NCBI GenBank assembly: GCA_052327205.1
Contig: CM126209.1
Location: 31,434,001-31,498,000 of the forward strand
Length of the DNA: 64,000 nt
Direction of reading: 5' to 3'
Source of the DNA: Somniosus microcephalus
Taxonomy: Eukaryota
In this document: piece after piece, positions 12,175 to 24,087 of the stretch
How positions within the stretch are numbered: position 1 is the first letter of the stretch
How the letters are laid out: the number at the start of each line of letters is the position of its first letter
Program-made: the position numbers and the translations under genes
Notes under the pieces: generated by a model
Database searches by the model: none
What the model was told of the DNA's origin: nothing
What the model saw: only the letters and a program-made list of their open reading frames with translations

Positions 12175-14770
12175 AGACGTCAGCGGATACTGTGTGGTGA
12201 CCCTGTCGGTTAGGGGCACGGAATATAAAAACTTTAAACTTCTCGTCCTGCCCCAGCTCTGCGCTGCCGTCCTACTAGGGCTGGATTTCCAATGCCACCT
12301 CCAAAGTGTCACTTTGGCATACGGTGGACCCCTCCCCCCACTCACAGTCTACAACCAGCAGTTTTTAAACCGCCCGCCGCATACCACCTGCGGCCTCTCC
12401 ACTCTCAAAGTCCCGCCCCCCTCCTTGTTCGCTAACCTCACCCGCGACTGTAAACCCGTCGCTACCAAGAGCAGGCGGTACAGCGCCGGGGACAGAGCTT
12501 TTATTAGCTCTGAGGTGCAGCGTCTCCTGAAGGAGGGCATCATCGAGGGGAGCACCAGCCCCTGGCGTGCCCAGGTCGTAGTCGTTAAGACCGGCAATAA
12601 AAACCGCCTGGTCATTGACTACAGCCAAACCATAAACCGGTACACCCAGCTGGACGCATACCCCCTTCCCCGCATATCTGACATGGTCAACCAGATTGCA
12701 CAGTACCGGGTATTCTCCACCATCGACCTTAAGTCAGCCTATCACCAACTCCCTATCCGCCCTGAGGACCGCCAGTATACCGCCTTCGAGGCGAATGGCC
12801 GCCTCTACCACTTCCTTAGGGTTCCCTTCGGCGTCACCAACGGGGTTTCGGTCTTCCAAAGGGAGATGGACCGGATGGTTGACCAGAACGCGCTGCAGGC
12901 CACGTTTCCTTATCTAGATAACGTCACCATCTGCGGCCACGACCAGCAGGACCACGATGTTAATCTGGAGAAATTCCTCCGTATGGCCCAACGGCTGAAT
13001 CTCACTTACAATAAGGAGAAATGTAGGTTTAACACCTCGCGCCTTGTCATCCTCGGCTGCGTAGTAGAGAACGGAGTCATCGGCCCCGACCCCGAAAGAA
13101 TGCGCCCCCTCATGGAGCTTCCCCTTCCCCACTGTCAAAAGGCACTGAAGAGAACCCTGGGGCTCTTCGCTTACTATGCCCAATGGGTGCCCAATTATGC
13201 GGACAAAGCCAGACCCCTCATGAAGTCCACCTCCTTCCCGCTGACAGCAGAAGCATGCGCAGCCTTCTCCCTCATAAAAGGAGACATTGCGAAGGCCACA
13301 ATGCACGCAGTGGATGAGTCCATCCCTTTCCAAGTGGAGAGCGATGCATCCGACTTCGCCCTAGCTGCAACCCTTAACCAGGCGGGGAGACCTGTGGCCT
13401 TCTTCTCAAGGACCCTCCAGGGCCCTGAGATCCGACACTCTTCTGTCGAGAAGGAGGCCCAGGCGATTGTGGAAGCGGTACGACGCTGGAGGCATTACCT
13501 GGCAGGCAAACGATTTACCCTCCTCACCGACCAGCGTTCGGTTGCTTTTATGTTTAATAACAAGCTGAGGGGCAAAATCAAGAACAACAAGATCTTGAGG
13601 TGGAGAATTGAGCTCTCCACCTACGAGTATGATATCTTGTACCGGCCTAGTAAACTCAACAAGCCCCCAGATGCTCTATCACGAGGTACATGCGCCAACG
13701 CGCAAGTTGATAGACTGCGGACCCTCCACAGTGACCTCTGCCACCCCGGGGTCACTAGACTTTACCACTTCATTAAGGCCTGCAACCTGCCCTACTCCAT
13801 CGAGGAGGTCAGGACCATGACCAGGAACTGCCAAGTCTGTGCCGAATGCAAACCGCATTTCTATAGGCCAGACAGAGCAAGCCTGATCAAGGCCACCCGC
13901 CCCTTCGAGCGCTTGAGCATCAATTTTAAGGGGCCCCTCCCGTCCTCTGACCGTAATGTGTACTTCCTCAACATTATTGACGAGTACTCCCGTTTCCCCT
14001 TCGCCATCCCCTGCCCAGACATGACCAGTACCATGGTCATCAAATGCCTGAACGACCTCTTCGCCTTGTTCGGGTTCCCGAACTATATACATAGCGACCG
14101 GGGCTCATCCTTCATGAGCGAGGAACTTCGCCAGTTCCTGCTCGCGAGAGGTATTGCTGCGAGCAGGACCACCAGCTACAACCCCCGGGGGAACGGCCAG
14201 GTGGAAAGAGAGAACGCGACAGTTTGGAAGGCCGTCCTCTTAGCCCTAAAGTCTAAGGGCCTCCCAACCTCTCGCTGGCAGGAAGTCCTCCCGGCAGCGC
14301 TCCATTCCATCCGGTCACTGCTTTGTACTGCCATTAACGCCACCCCTCATGAGCAAATGTTCGTTTTCCCCAGGAAGTCGACTACGGGAACCTCGCTACC
14401 AACGTGGCTGACTTCTCCGGGGCCCGTCCTGCTGCGGAAGCACGTGAGGACCCATAAAATGGACCCCCTGGTCAAGAGGGTGAACCTCCTGCATGCCAAC
14501 CCCCAGTATGCCTATGTGGAATACCCAGACGGGCGGGAGGACACAGTCTCCTTGCGAGACCTCGCACCCTCGGGCACCCCTGAGACACCACCGTTATCCC
14601 CCACCACTCCCCCAAATCCAGCTCCTGTAGGCGGCATGCCGGAACCCCAGGGGCCTTCGTCGACCACGCAGACACCAGCATTAACATCGGATACTGCACC
14701 ACCGCCGCCGCTGCTGCGCCGGTCAGAAAGGCTTATGAGGCCTCCTGATAGACTGACATACACGAACTAG
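12158..14770 (+). CDS. Gypsy pol frame (partial protease, RT, RNase H, integrase); probably non-functional
   Basis: 870 stop-free codons. RT motifs IDLKSAYHQ, PFG and YLDN; RNase H motifs ESDASD, EKEA and TDQ; integrase HHCC (H..CHPG..CQVC), HSDRG and GQVER. The frame begins inside the LTR without an ATG. Confidence 0.85.
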   Translation: MLEPITDVSGYCVVTLSVRGTEYKNFKLLVLPQLCAAVLLGLDFQCHLQSVTLAYGGPLPPLTVYNQQFLNRPPHTTCGLSTLKVPPPSLFANLTRDCKPVATKSRRYSAGDRAFISSEVQRLLKEGIIEGSTSPWRAQVVVVKTGNKNRLVIDYSQTINRYTQLDAYPLPRISDMVNQIAQYRVFSTIDLKSAYHQLPIRPEDRQYTAFEANGRLYHFLRVPFGVTNGVSVFQREMDRMVDQNALQATFPYLDNVTICGHDQQDHDVNLEKFLRMAQRLNLTYNKEKCRFNTSRLVILGCVVENGVIGPDPERMRPLMELPLPHCQKALKRTLGLFAYYAQWVPNYADKARPLMKSTSFPLTAEACAAFSLIKGDIAKATMHAVDESIPFQVESDASDFALAATLNQAGRPVAFFSRTLQGPEIRHSSVEKEAQAIVEAVRRWRHYLAGKRFTLLTDQRSVAFMFNNKLRGKIKNNKILRWRIELSTYEYDILYRPSKLNKPPDALSRGTCANAQVDRLRTLHSDLCHPGVTRLYHFIKACNLPYSIEEVRTMTRNCQVCAECKPHFYRPDRASLIKATRPFERLSINFKGPLPSSDRNVYFLNIIDEYSRFPFAIPCPDMTSTMVIKCLNDLFALFGFPNYIHSDRGSSFMSEELRQFLLARGIAASRTTSYNPRGNGQVERENATVWKAVLLALKSKGLPTSRWQEVLPAALHSIRSLLCTAINATPHEQMFVFPRKSTTGTSLPTWLTSPGPVLLRKHVRTHKMDPLVKRVNLLHANPQYAYVEYPDGREDTVSLRDLAPSGTPETPPLSPTTPPNPAPVGGMPEPQGPSSTTQTPALTSDTAPPPPLLRRSERLMRPPDRLTYTN

Positions 14771-14815
14771 TAGTACACTTCACCCCGCCGGACTCAATTT
14801 TAAACAAGGGGTGAA

Positions 14816-15084
14816 TGTGGTAAACCACTGTTATTGTTTACACTGTTGTTATCACTACACAAGGTTACCTCTTGCCTCGCACGCTGTTATACCTAGGCAT
14901 ACCTCAGCTGACTCCGCCCATGGCTCCGCCTGCTTGCCCAGGTATAAAGGTGATTGCTTGGCTAGTATTCTTCCTTGCTGGAACCGATCACCCACGAGGG
15001 TGGGCTCTGTTATTTAGCCAATAAAAACCTATAGTTACTATCTTAACTCGTCGCTTTTCATGGAATGAATTGGTAGGTATATCA
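14816..15084 (+). repeat. Complete 3' LTR (269 bp)
   Basis: TG...CA ends, TATAAA near 14943 and AATAAA at 15020-15025. Confidence 0.95.
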
Positions 15085-16368
15085 CAAGGTTTGGCCTTGC
15101 CAGTGTAAGGATGAACAGAGGGGAAGATTAGTGCTTCTTCACAAGGGTGGCTAGAAAATTGAAGGGATAGTGATCCATTCCCCTGCCTTCTCGCCCAGCC
15201 ACACTTTCGCATTTCCTGCCACAAGATCTAAAGCAAAATTGAATTGGCAGCAGCCGGGGAGATGTTCAACTGCCCACCCTTTTGCTTGAAGAATGGTGGA
15301 CATGGACTGAGAATGCGATGAGAGAGGAAAAAATTAAAAGTACATTCCTTTTTTTGGTGGGGAGGGAAGTGAAGTATCATGGGCTTGTGACAAAGAGAAA
15401 TTACATTTCTGCTTTGCTGTGATTAAAGTATCTGGACTGACAGTAAATTATTTCAAAAATGAGCCCTAGTTTCACAGCCGAAGTGCTTGTGGCTCTAAGC
15501 ACCATTGGCAGCTAATTGCCAGTGGCATCTTTGCAGGGAGTCTGCGGCTGCATTAAGTGGCCGCATGCAAATACTCCCTTTAGTTATGATGATGTTCCAC
15601 AATGTATATTTATCGCCAGGAAATGGTTTTGGAATATTGGTCTAATCCAGTTTAATGTGATCTCTGCTAAGCTTCTAATACACTAATCAAGCACAACCTA
15701 ATAAAAGTCCAATGCCCCTACTTCATGACAAAATTAAACTCTTTTATCCCCGTGCTATAGTCGCACCTACCTGTTGCGTCAAAGCTAAAGCAATTTTGGT
15801 TACATACTAACGTGTTTGCATATTACAGATACAACTTTACTGTTCAAAATAGTTGGTAGTTTCGATCTTCCTTCAAAGATGTTGTCAGTTTCAGAGTGCT
15901 TTTCAATTCTGCTGGTATGATTCACTGAATGACCCGATGATCTGGGCTGGATCTTCCTCTTTGCGGTGGTGTTCCAGCGGGGTGGGAGTCCCAGCCCACC
16001 TCTCTGACACAGCCAGAACCCTGTCCCATTTTCCTGGGTCGAAGGTCATTATCCATGCCCGGCAGGATTCCTGCTGTCGAGAGTGAGCCTGCCAGCACCA
16101 CTGAGGAACGTTGAATTACAATATCTCGGGTGTTGATGGTGAACAAGTCAGAAACCAAAGTGGGATATAAAGGCTTTTCGTTCTACTCAAGTCTCAGCTT
16201 TTAAACATATCGATCATCTGCAACTTGCACAACTCTTCCCATTTTATGCTGTAAAAGCATTACAGGGTAGAATGCTTCTTTATTTGATTGTGTTGTCACA
16301 CAGCATCAAATTGTTAACCTTCATGAAAACTAATTCTTTTTTCTTTTTAATTTCCTTTTTATTTGCAG

Positions 16369-16446
16369 CCAACAAGATCTTCTTCTGAAAGTATTTCCTC
16401 CAGACCTGGTTCTAGTATCCCTGGTTCACCTGGTCACACAATTTAT
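16369..16446 (+). CDS. ABLIM1: ABLIM1-like coding exon (PTRSSSESISSRPGSSIPGSPGHTIY), phase 0/0
   Basis: Polypyrimidine tract and TTGCAG acceptor, GTGAGT donor, 78 nt. The peptide matches the ABLIM1 segment just after LIM4 (PTRTSSESIYSRPGSSIPGSPGHTIY, recalled). Confidence 0.9.
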
Positions 16447-16511
16447 GTGAGTAACTATGATACGTTTCTTTGTTCTTGAATTCAAAATCTCTAATAAATA
16501 AAAAATAATAC

Positions 16512-17035
16512 GGATGATTTTCCTCTGATCTTACACCAGTTTCTCAGCATAACTCGGGTGAAGCCCTGACCCAAAGAGGGGTCATGCATAGCCAAATGAG
16601 GCGGTAATAACGGAATGACATTATACACCACATTTTCTGTCATTACTACCTCGCAATGCTGGATGCCAGGAACGCCTTGTACATCAGGCATTGCTAGGGC
16701 TGACAGCGGCCTTTTAAAAATTAAATGGCTAGGGAGAGCAATCACCCACCCACTTCAGCTGGGATGTTGTGGAGGCCAGATGCTTTTCCCAGCCTGGAAG
16801 AGGACGGCCCTTTAAGCTGCTGCAGGTGCCAGAGTGCTGCAGCCGTCAGGATTTTCTACTCCCCACCGTGACGGGCTCCACAGCGCCGGTAGAAACGCCG
16901 CCGCGAGCAGCCAAAAGATTCCATGTGAGTCAATCCTGAGAAATTTGCTGGGGTGAGTAGCACACATCTGACTGGATGGAATATCCCGCCCACCACTCCT
17001 GTAGTGGCATAGTTGCTGAAGAGGAAAGTCTCAGC
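16512..17035. mobile_element. Degenerate non-autonomous DNA transposon (MITE-like)
   Basis: Imperfect inverted termini GATGATTTTCCTC ... GAGGAAAGTCTC around a GC-richer interior. Confidence 0.4.
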
Positions 17036-17103
17036 AGATACCTTTTGTATGATTTTCACTTTTTTTCCTCATGTTATAAGACTGAACTTGAGTAACAGCC
17101 TTT

Positions 17104-17756
17104 GGGGGAAAAATTCGGTTGCTTTGCGCCTCCCATTAGCACCTTAAGAGGGCGCTAAAGGGGCACAAAGCAACTAGCGCCTGGGCGCGGTGCCGCCAAC
17201 GCCTCCCGCGAAATCCAGCGGGAGGTTAGCGCGGCGCTAACCGTTAGCGCCCCGTGACGCTGTGCCGCTGGCGATGACGTCATCACCGTGTGCAGCGCCC
17301 CGCTCGCGCACAGGCCGCTATCTTTGGTAGCGCCCCCTACCTGCGGCTGGGGCGGCGCTATTTAAAGGCGAGGTGCCGGGCGGCCATTTTTGTTGCTGGC
17401 GGCCTGCCAGAACCTGCCTCCGCTCCCGTCCCTGGCATCCTGATCCGCCCCCCCCCCCCCCACGGAGTGCCGGCTGCGCTCCATGAGCCCGGCACTGCTC
17501 TTATGTGCCGGGCTCTTTTGCCGGCACTCTGATCCCCGGTGGGCCCTGGGTCGCACTGCAGAAGGCCTCACCCCTTTAAGAAGAGGAGAAAGGCCTGCAA
17601 TACCGTGACGCGACGTGCCACAGCGTGTGGTGCTGCAGCACATATCGCCGCAATATTCCCTTGCAGTGCCCCACGAGGGAAGTGGGGCGCTTCCAGTAGC
17701 CTCTTGGGGCACTACCACTCAATTTTGGCCGCGGGGGTGCTAATTTTTCCGGGGCG
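17104..17756. mobile_element. CpG-rich non-autonomous DNA element with a Harbinger-type left end
   Basis: Begins GGGGGAAAAATTCGG and has repeated GGCGCTA/TAGCGCC motifs, in sharp compositional contrast with the AT-rich intron. The right end is unclear. Confidence 0.55.
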
Positions 17757-18436
17757 ATATATTCTTTCTCTGCACTGCTTACGTAGCCACACAACTGTGT
17801 AGTGTTATATAACGCATGACAAAATAAAAGTGATTTCCCAGACAGTAAAATAAACAAGCAGGTGCACACTGTGGAGACAGTGATGAGGACACAATTGCAT
17901 TTGACATGTCTCATTAGTACATTCGACCTTTGATGATGTTTCTATGTGTACTGGCACTAATATTATGTATAATGTCGCTACTTTGACATGTTTTCATGAG
18001 GCTCTTCTTTCTCTGAAGGCAAGTTGCCAGTGAGTGGAAAAAACTAAAGCCTGGTGGAAATCTGGGGGAAAAAAACAGTCCATTCAGCTGTTCAAACCCA
18101 CTTTTTTCCAACTTCCCAGCCATGGACTCGAGGGTGATCTTCTGAGGCTGAGGTTGGCCTGAAGACAAATGGTTGTGGTGGAGTAGATGGAGCTTCACAT
18201 TGCATCTACTCCTTGCTATACTGATCTGTGAACATTTAATGCTGACAGAGTCAAGTAAAATACACCCAAAAAACAAACAACAAAAATGTATAGCCTATTC
18301 TATTTGAAACAGTGATGTTCATTACTGTTTCTTTAGACTAAGTTTACTGTTATCTCATACCCTCACTTGAGTTTGAGAAATGTGACCACATAAGCTGAGG
18401 TGAGCTGAATTATTCTTGTATGTTTTATCTTTCCAG

Positions 18437-18592
18437 GCAAAAGTGGACAATGAGATTCTTGACTACAAGGATCTGGCTGCCATTCCCAAAGTGAAGGCCA
18501 TTTATGACATTGAACGCCCTGACCTGATCACCTATGAGCCGTATTTTGGCGCCACCTTTGAGGATAGACATGAACGTCATAGTATGGGAGAG
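18437..18592 (+). CDS. ABLIM1: ABLIM1-like coding exon (AKVDNEILDYKDLAAIPKVKAIYDIERPDLITYEPYFGATFEDRHERHSMGE)
   Basis: TTCCAG acceptor, GTATAG donor, 156 nt in frame. Carries the ABLIM/dematin hallmark YKDLAAIPKxKAIxDIERPDL. Confidence 0.95.
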
Positions 18593-18677
18593 GTATAGTA
18601 CAACCAACTGCCCTTAATAAGTCAGTTTCAAAACACTAGATCACCCATTGTCCTGTATTTGTTCCATTAAACATTTT

Positions 18678-19288
18678 GGGGTCAATTTTCGATTCTGGTA
18701 TACCCTGGGTTAGATGATGGGCAGGGTGTCCACTCCACCTGCCCAATGATGTCAGCGGAAGGGCCGATCAGTTTTCGTGATTGGGGCTCATTTCAATACA
18801 GGTGGTAAACTGCGAGCACTAGTTGTGCTGCTTTTATAGGCAGCTTACCATTTTGGAGGGCAGGAAGTCTGGTGGAGTACAGACTGAAGTGTGCTTGCAG
18901 CAGCCCCTAAAACGGTGAGGGCTGAACAGGTCAGGGGTCAACGGGGCTGCAGATTCCAGTGCTCGGGAAATGTAAAGAGAACACATCAAACAGCAAGGAG
19001 GTGAAATTAAGGGAGCCTTTAAGGTTTAAAAGTCCCACAAATAATGAAGGAAAAGTCATTATCAGACCTGCCTCCAGCTTAACTTGACTGCAATTTATGG
19101 TCCCTTTAAGTAGTGCTGCAAATGGCCGCCTCTTGACCTGTACTGCCTATGGCTTGTGGGCAGGTTGAGGAAGCAGCAATGGGCGGGCTTCTGGCGCTAA
19201 GTGAACGATTTTTTTGGTACAGCTTTTGTCCCATTACTGCCCCATTCACACCGAGAAATGGGCGGTAGGGCGATGATAATCAGTCCCC
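18678..19288. mobile_element. MITE-like element
   Basis: Imperfect TIRs GGGGTCAATTTTC ... GATAATCAGTCCCC. Confidence 0.5.
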
Positions 19289-20760
19289 TTAACTAGTAAT
19301 GAATGTTTGATAAGAAAAATTCAAAGATAACTGATAAATTTTTCTTTGTCACCAAATAGAGAAAAATAATATAATATAAAGGTTACTAAACATGTATCAA
19401 TGAAAGGGATATTTGTATTTTAAAGCTATGCACTAGAAATCATAGACCAGTAAAGGGGTGGCTAGTATTGACTGACGCTCATTGCCGAATGTTAAAAACT
19501 GATTCTTTGTTGACAGCCTCAATATGCAAGAAGTGACAACGACTCGCTTGTTCAGAGTGAAATTGTAAGTTGGTGACAAATGTCTGTTTTGCACAAGAAT
19601 GCTTGTGCAATGAAACTTGATTAACCTTCTCTGGTTGCTGAGCCTAATGGGCATGGTCAATAGAAATCTGCAGAAAACTGGGGTAAACTCTGCATAACAT
19701 TGCACCCACTGAATGTATCCCTCCCCACATTCTCATCTAACACTTGGGCACAAAGGTAACTAATAACTGGAATTGGGTATTTTGGCATTTTCCATTATTA
19801 CGATTGATTGGGACAACTGGTCACGTGAAATGAATGGGGGAGTTGCGGATTTCTGTAAGTCCCATAGAAAGGGTGAAGCATTTTTCTATTGACCTTACTA
19901 ATAGGGTTACTTACTACCTCATCGAAACAAAGGTCTGATTTTTAAGAAAGCATTTGAATTCCAGTTGGAGAGGTTCCTCTTGAAACAAGACATTAGCAGA
20001 GCTTTCCCCATTGTCAAATTTGTCGCATTGTTAAAGCAATTTTTCAATCTAAAGAAATGTTTGCCCAGTTCCATTCCCATCCTAGATCACGTTTTCAATA
20101 CTTTATATGATCTCTGAAGTTGTTTAACCCTCCAAGTCATGGCCTGTGCTGTACGCCTGCCACTGCAACTTCCCCAGGTAGCAGGAGGAGTGCAGTGATG
20201 GATCAGACGTGTACCACAAAATTATAATCACTCACTTCCGTTGTATCAGTCCACAATGACGTGGCAGTTACAAGATCAACCCCAGGGGTTTGCGAATAGC
20301 TAAAAACATTTTCACTGCAAAAACACAATAGTTGCACGACCTGGGTTGTCACTGTATGTGCTTTAAAAATCAGGCCCGAAGTGACGTGTAATTGAACTTG
20401 GGTATTTGGGGCTTTTACCATTCTTTCGATCATTGACGCTGTCACAATCCGCCAGCTTCATGGCAATTGTCGTTGTGGTGCGAAAAGGAGAGAAGCTAAT
20501 AAGTTAAAATTACTTCACTCTCCTCATTGTTATCAGTAAGAATGTGGGTAGATGTTACAATGCAAAGATTGCAACTAAATCTATTGGAAGTTGTGAGCCA
20601 AGGTTCTTAGCCTGCGGAAAATACACTGTGCGGTGGGTCTGCAGTTTTGGCATGTAATTTAGAACCCATGGAGGGCGGGGGAGAATTCAATGACATCATA
20701 AGCGCATTTGTGAAAATTTCCTCTGCTTATTATTTCTATCAAACTAATAAACAAGCTCCA

Positions 20761-20827
20761 GGGTAAATTTTCCTCTTTAGCATTCCAGAGCGTCAGTCAC
20801 TGGGAGTGCTATCGACAAAATTTACCC
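20761..20827. repeat. 67-bp hairpin / mini-MITE
   Basis: Perfect 11-bp TIR GGGTAAATTTT/AAAATTTACCC plus inner arms TAGCATTCCAG/CTGGGAGTGCTA. Confidence 0.75.
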
Positions 20828-21363
20828 CACAATCTATAAGCGTAGCCATAGCCTTTGGGTGAGAGGTTGTTTGCTCCCTTGACCTACCGTTGTTGTTATA
20901 CTCAATCCTTTACCCTGAGCCTTGGCTGTAGCTCCCTGGCACCGACACTAAAGGAACTGGAAACTCCTACTACCTGCCAGTTGTCATGACATGTTACATA
21001 TACCAAAAGCCATTTGCTGTCAGCGCAGAAATCCAGGCCATGATTTGTTTTTCTGTTGTGACAGTTATTGCTACATTTGTCATTCAGCCCTACCACTGAT
21101 AGCAGCCCCAATGTCTGTGGCAGCATTGTCATGTAAATGAGACATTGCTATTGACTCTGGAGGAGCATGGAATCACCTCGAGAGGCATTTTCACCCAAAC
21201 TGCTGCTGACGACAGCATCAGTCACCGTTTTATCTGGCCCTGGACAGGCCAGGCGTTCAGTGTTTTCTTAGATGCCAGTGATGTGGTTTTCCACTTGATG
21301 GCTTGTACACACTTTCCCCAGCCATCGGAGAAGGTCTGCAGTCAGAAGTCAAAGACTGTTTCC

Positions 21364-21658
21364 ACTAGCAGATGGGTCAGTAACCAGATTTAAGATAATT
21401 GGCAAAAAAGCCAGAGGGGAGATGAGGAGATTTTTTTTTTTACCAGTGAGTTGTTATGATCTGGAATGCACTGCCTGAAAGTGGATTCAATAGTAACTTT
21501 CAGTAGGGAAGTGGATATATACATAAAATGGAAAAAATTGCAGGGCCACGGGGAAAGAGCAGGAGAGTGGGATTAATTGGACAGTTCTTTCAAAGGGCTG
21601 GCACAGGCATGATGGGCTGAATGGCCTCCTTCTGTGCCATATGATTCTATATGATTAT
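21364..21658 (+). mobile_element. Degenerate CR1 3' fragment
   Basis: CR1 3' UTR (gatgggctgaatggcctccttctgtg) and an ATTCTAT-type tail. Confidence 0.85.
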
Positions 21659-22699
21659 GGTATCAGGGATATTGAAACTGTGCAACACTGGACCTTCAAC
21701 GTCTTATGGAACCACTTCAAATAGAACCAGTTCTGTAATATAAACCCAACATTTGTTACTCTTGTTAAAGAAAGGACAAAAAACAATCCTCCTGCTGTGT
21801 TAATTTATCTGCATTAGATATCTCTTTGTAATTCATACCAGTAACAAAAGAACTGAAAGGCTCCCTCCCGAGTCAAATTTTGTACCAATAACACACTAGT
21901 ATTTGAAGTGGTGAGGTGGTGGTGACCCAGGATTCTCTAAGAGTAGAGCCCATACTAGGTTCACTCTAGTAGTAACTTCAATACACAATGGCACATTTAC
22001 ATTGATAATGTGCCACTGGTGGCAAGCCTGATGCTGATATCACAGAACCAAATATGTGACCCAACCTCTCTGATCTCAGTGACAGCAAGGACTCACCTTT
22101 CCAGAGGTCAGAACAATGGAGGCCCTAGGTGCAGAAAACAAGTATTCGCTTCCCCCACTGGACGGACCTCCAATTGGGCCCACAATCGACAGTGGCATAT
22201 TGCCAAAATAAAAAGGGGAGAATGATGGTTCTCCACTTGAGCATTGCTCTGCAGGAGCCCTGCGGAAATGCTAAAGTGCCTCGAAAAGGGCATTAGCAGT
22301 GTTTAAATTCATATATTTATTACCAAAAGCAAAGCACATTTTTTATGCAATCTTATTACTCAGAATGCACAGCACAGTGCCATCAGGTGCATGTATCAGT
22401 GCCATCAGGTGCATGTATCAGTGCAGAAGATCAAAATTCATGAGAATATAAGAAAGCAAGAGACAGGGAAAGGCCATTAGGTCCAGTCCTTCCAGAGCCC
22501 ATATGCAATCAACATGCCAGTATGTAGTTTCATGAGCGGCAGATGACCTCTTGTCCCTACCAAAGTGACCATTCTCCATGTGGGAGCTTTAATAATGAGC
22601 ATTGGCAAACTAGTCACCTGTAGGGGGCCATCATAACCCAGCTAATTCCTGTTGTCATTCGACATCAAATGCCCAGCTGCAGTAAGATTTATTAGATAG

Positions 22700-22888
22700 G
22701 GATCATGATTGAGAACTTTGGCTGATCTTTATTTTCCCTCTTCTAAGCCAAGGGTGCTGAGGCCAATTGTAACACTCCGCTGCCAGGATGAGGTCAGCTA
22801 ACTCAGCACAGATTGAAGCCAGTGAACTTTCTGCTTTACATGGCTCACTGTTACACAGAGCAGCGCCTTTATGTACTGAGCCATCAGG
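22700..22888 (-). mobile_element. Old tRNA-derived SINE fragment (AmnSINE2-like by recall)
   Basis: Minus-strand TGGCTCAGT A-box and the motif TGTGCTGAGTTAGCTGA, which is shared with 40965-41115. Confidence 0.5.
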
Positions 22889-24087
22889 GTGGATGCAAAC
22901 AACACATTGGATCAAGCAATTAAGTTTTTAATGCTGCATGTACTAAGGGGGGGATTGAGATGTGTAGCAGACTAGTTCTATTAACTAAGGGGAAACACCA
23001 GTCTCCTATTATGTTCCATGTCAAATCCTCCTTTTGCATCTCTCCATTAATAGTTCCCTCTTGTAGAGAGGATGAGGAAGGAGGCAAAAGATCATTTTAT
23101 GTGTTGACATTCCTGAAGGTAATTGAGTATTCATGATTGCTTTGAAATGTTGGTGAGCTGCCAATTAACGTTTTTATTGAATGTATCATACTGGTTTGAG
23201 TGCATTTAGACCATATGATCAGTTACCCTGGAATGCAGCACTGATTCTTGGGACAAAGATCCTTCAGGAGTACTAATCCAGTACTATGTACATTTTATAC
23301 AGTTATAACAAAAGTATATATTCATTAACAATGTACCTGGCAAGATACAACTTTGATTCATTTAATATGAGAGAATACATGCAATAGAATTATTGCTTAA
23401 TGGGGAAGGAATGGACTCCACCCATGTTTATGTTAAAATCCATAATTATAAAAATACTTAGCATTTGATACAATATGGGAATTTTCCTGCCCTTCTTGTC
23501 TATTTGAGTCTCTCTCCAACTTGGCTGCTTCAGTGACATCACTGAGAGAGAGAAGTCACTTGCATCTTGGAGTGTCCCCGTTTATTTTAATGGGGATCAT
23601 AACTTCAGACCAGCTATGGAGCTGGCCCAAACCAAGAAAAAGACACGTTACTGGTCGAGTACACTGCGTAGTTTCCAAGAAATGTGTTTTGTCAGGATCC
23701 CCTTTACTAAACTGAAATAGTCAAATTACACAGTTATGAGAGAAAAGCTACCATTGTGTGCACTGTGCATAGTTGAAGCTCTTTTGCATATACAAAATAT
23801 CGCTGTTCAGTATCTGTGTGTCTTAGCTCATGCTTTGTTGATATACTTTGTCCACCAGTATTGCTGATTTGCATTTGTATCATTATTGCATAAATGTTGA
23901 CATTTTCTTTATTGTAACGTAACTTTTTTTTAAAATCATGAAGTGTTTGTGTTTCTAAATATATATCCCAGAAACAAATCAAAAGGTTTTTGGTGAGTCA
24001 TTTTCTCAGAGACACAATCACTTTCTATATGATGGTACCAAGGAAAATAGCTTTACATGTTTTTTTTTCTTTTCTAATATCTCACAG

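Larger units (their letters stand above)
11999..15084 (+). mobile_element. Gypsy/Ty3 LTR retrotransposon, gag-deleted, with a 5-bp TSD
   Basis: TG...CA ends, TSD CAAGG at 11994-11998 and 15085-15089, polypurine tract at 14802-14815, pol domain order RT-RNaseH-IN. Confidence 0.96.

Noticed and set aside
12158-14770. Domesticated retroelement-derived host gene
   Set aside because: It is flanked by near-identical LTRs and a TSD, has no ATG at the start of the frame, and appears to have lost an integrase catalytic Asp. It is a recent insertion.
15850-16160. Possible coding or retroelement remnant (GC-richer island with short ORFs on both strands)
   Set aside because: No recognisable motif in the frames I read and no convincing splice sites.
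1-16368. LIM-domain exons of the host gene
   Set aside because: I found no exon with a LIM Cys/His pattern or a WHPxC motif by eye. They are upstream, absent or missed; tblastn would settle it.
17104-17756. CpG-island promoter
   Set aside because: It starts with a transposon-type terminus and has repeated internal motifs, so a young CpG-rich DNA element explains it better.
22375-22424. 22-bp direct duplication
   Set aside because: A simple two-unit slippage duplication with no further structure.
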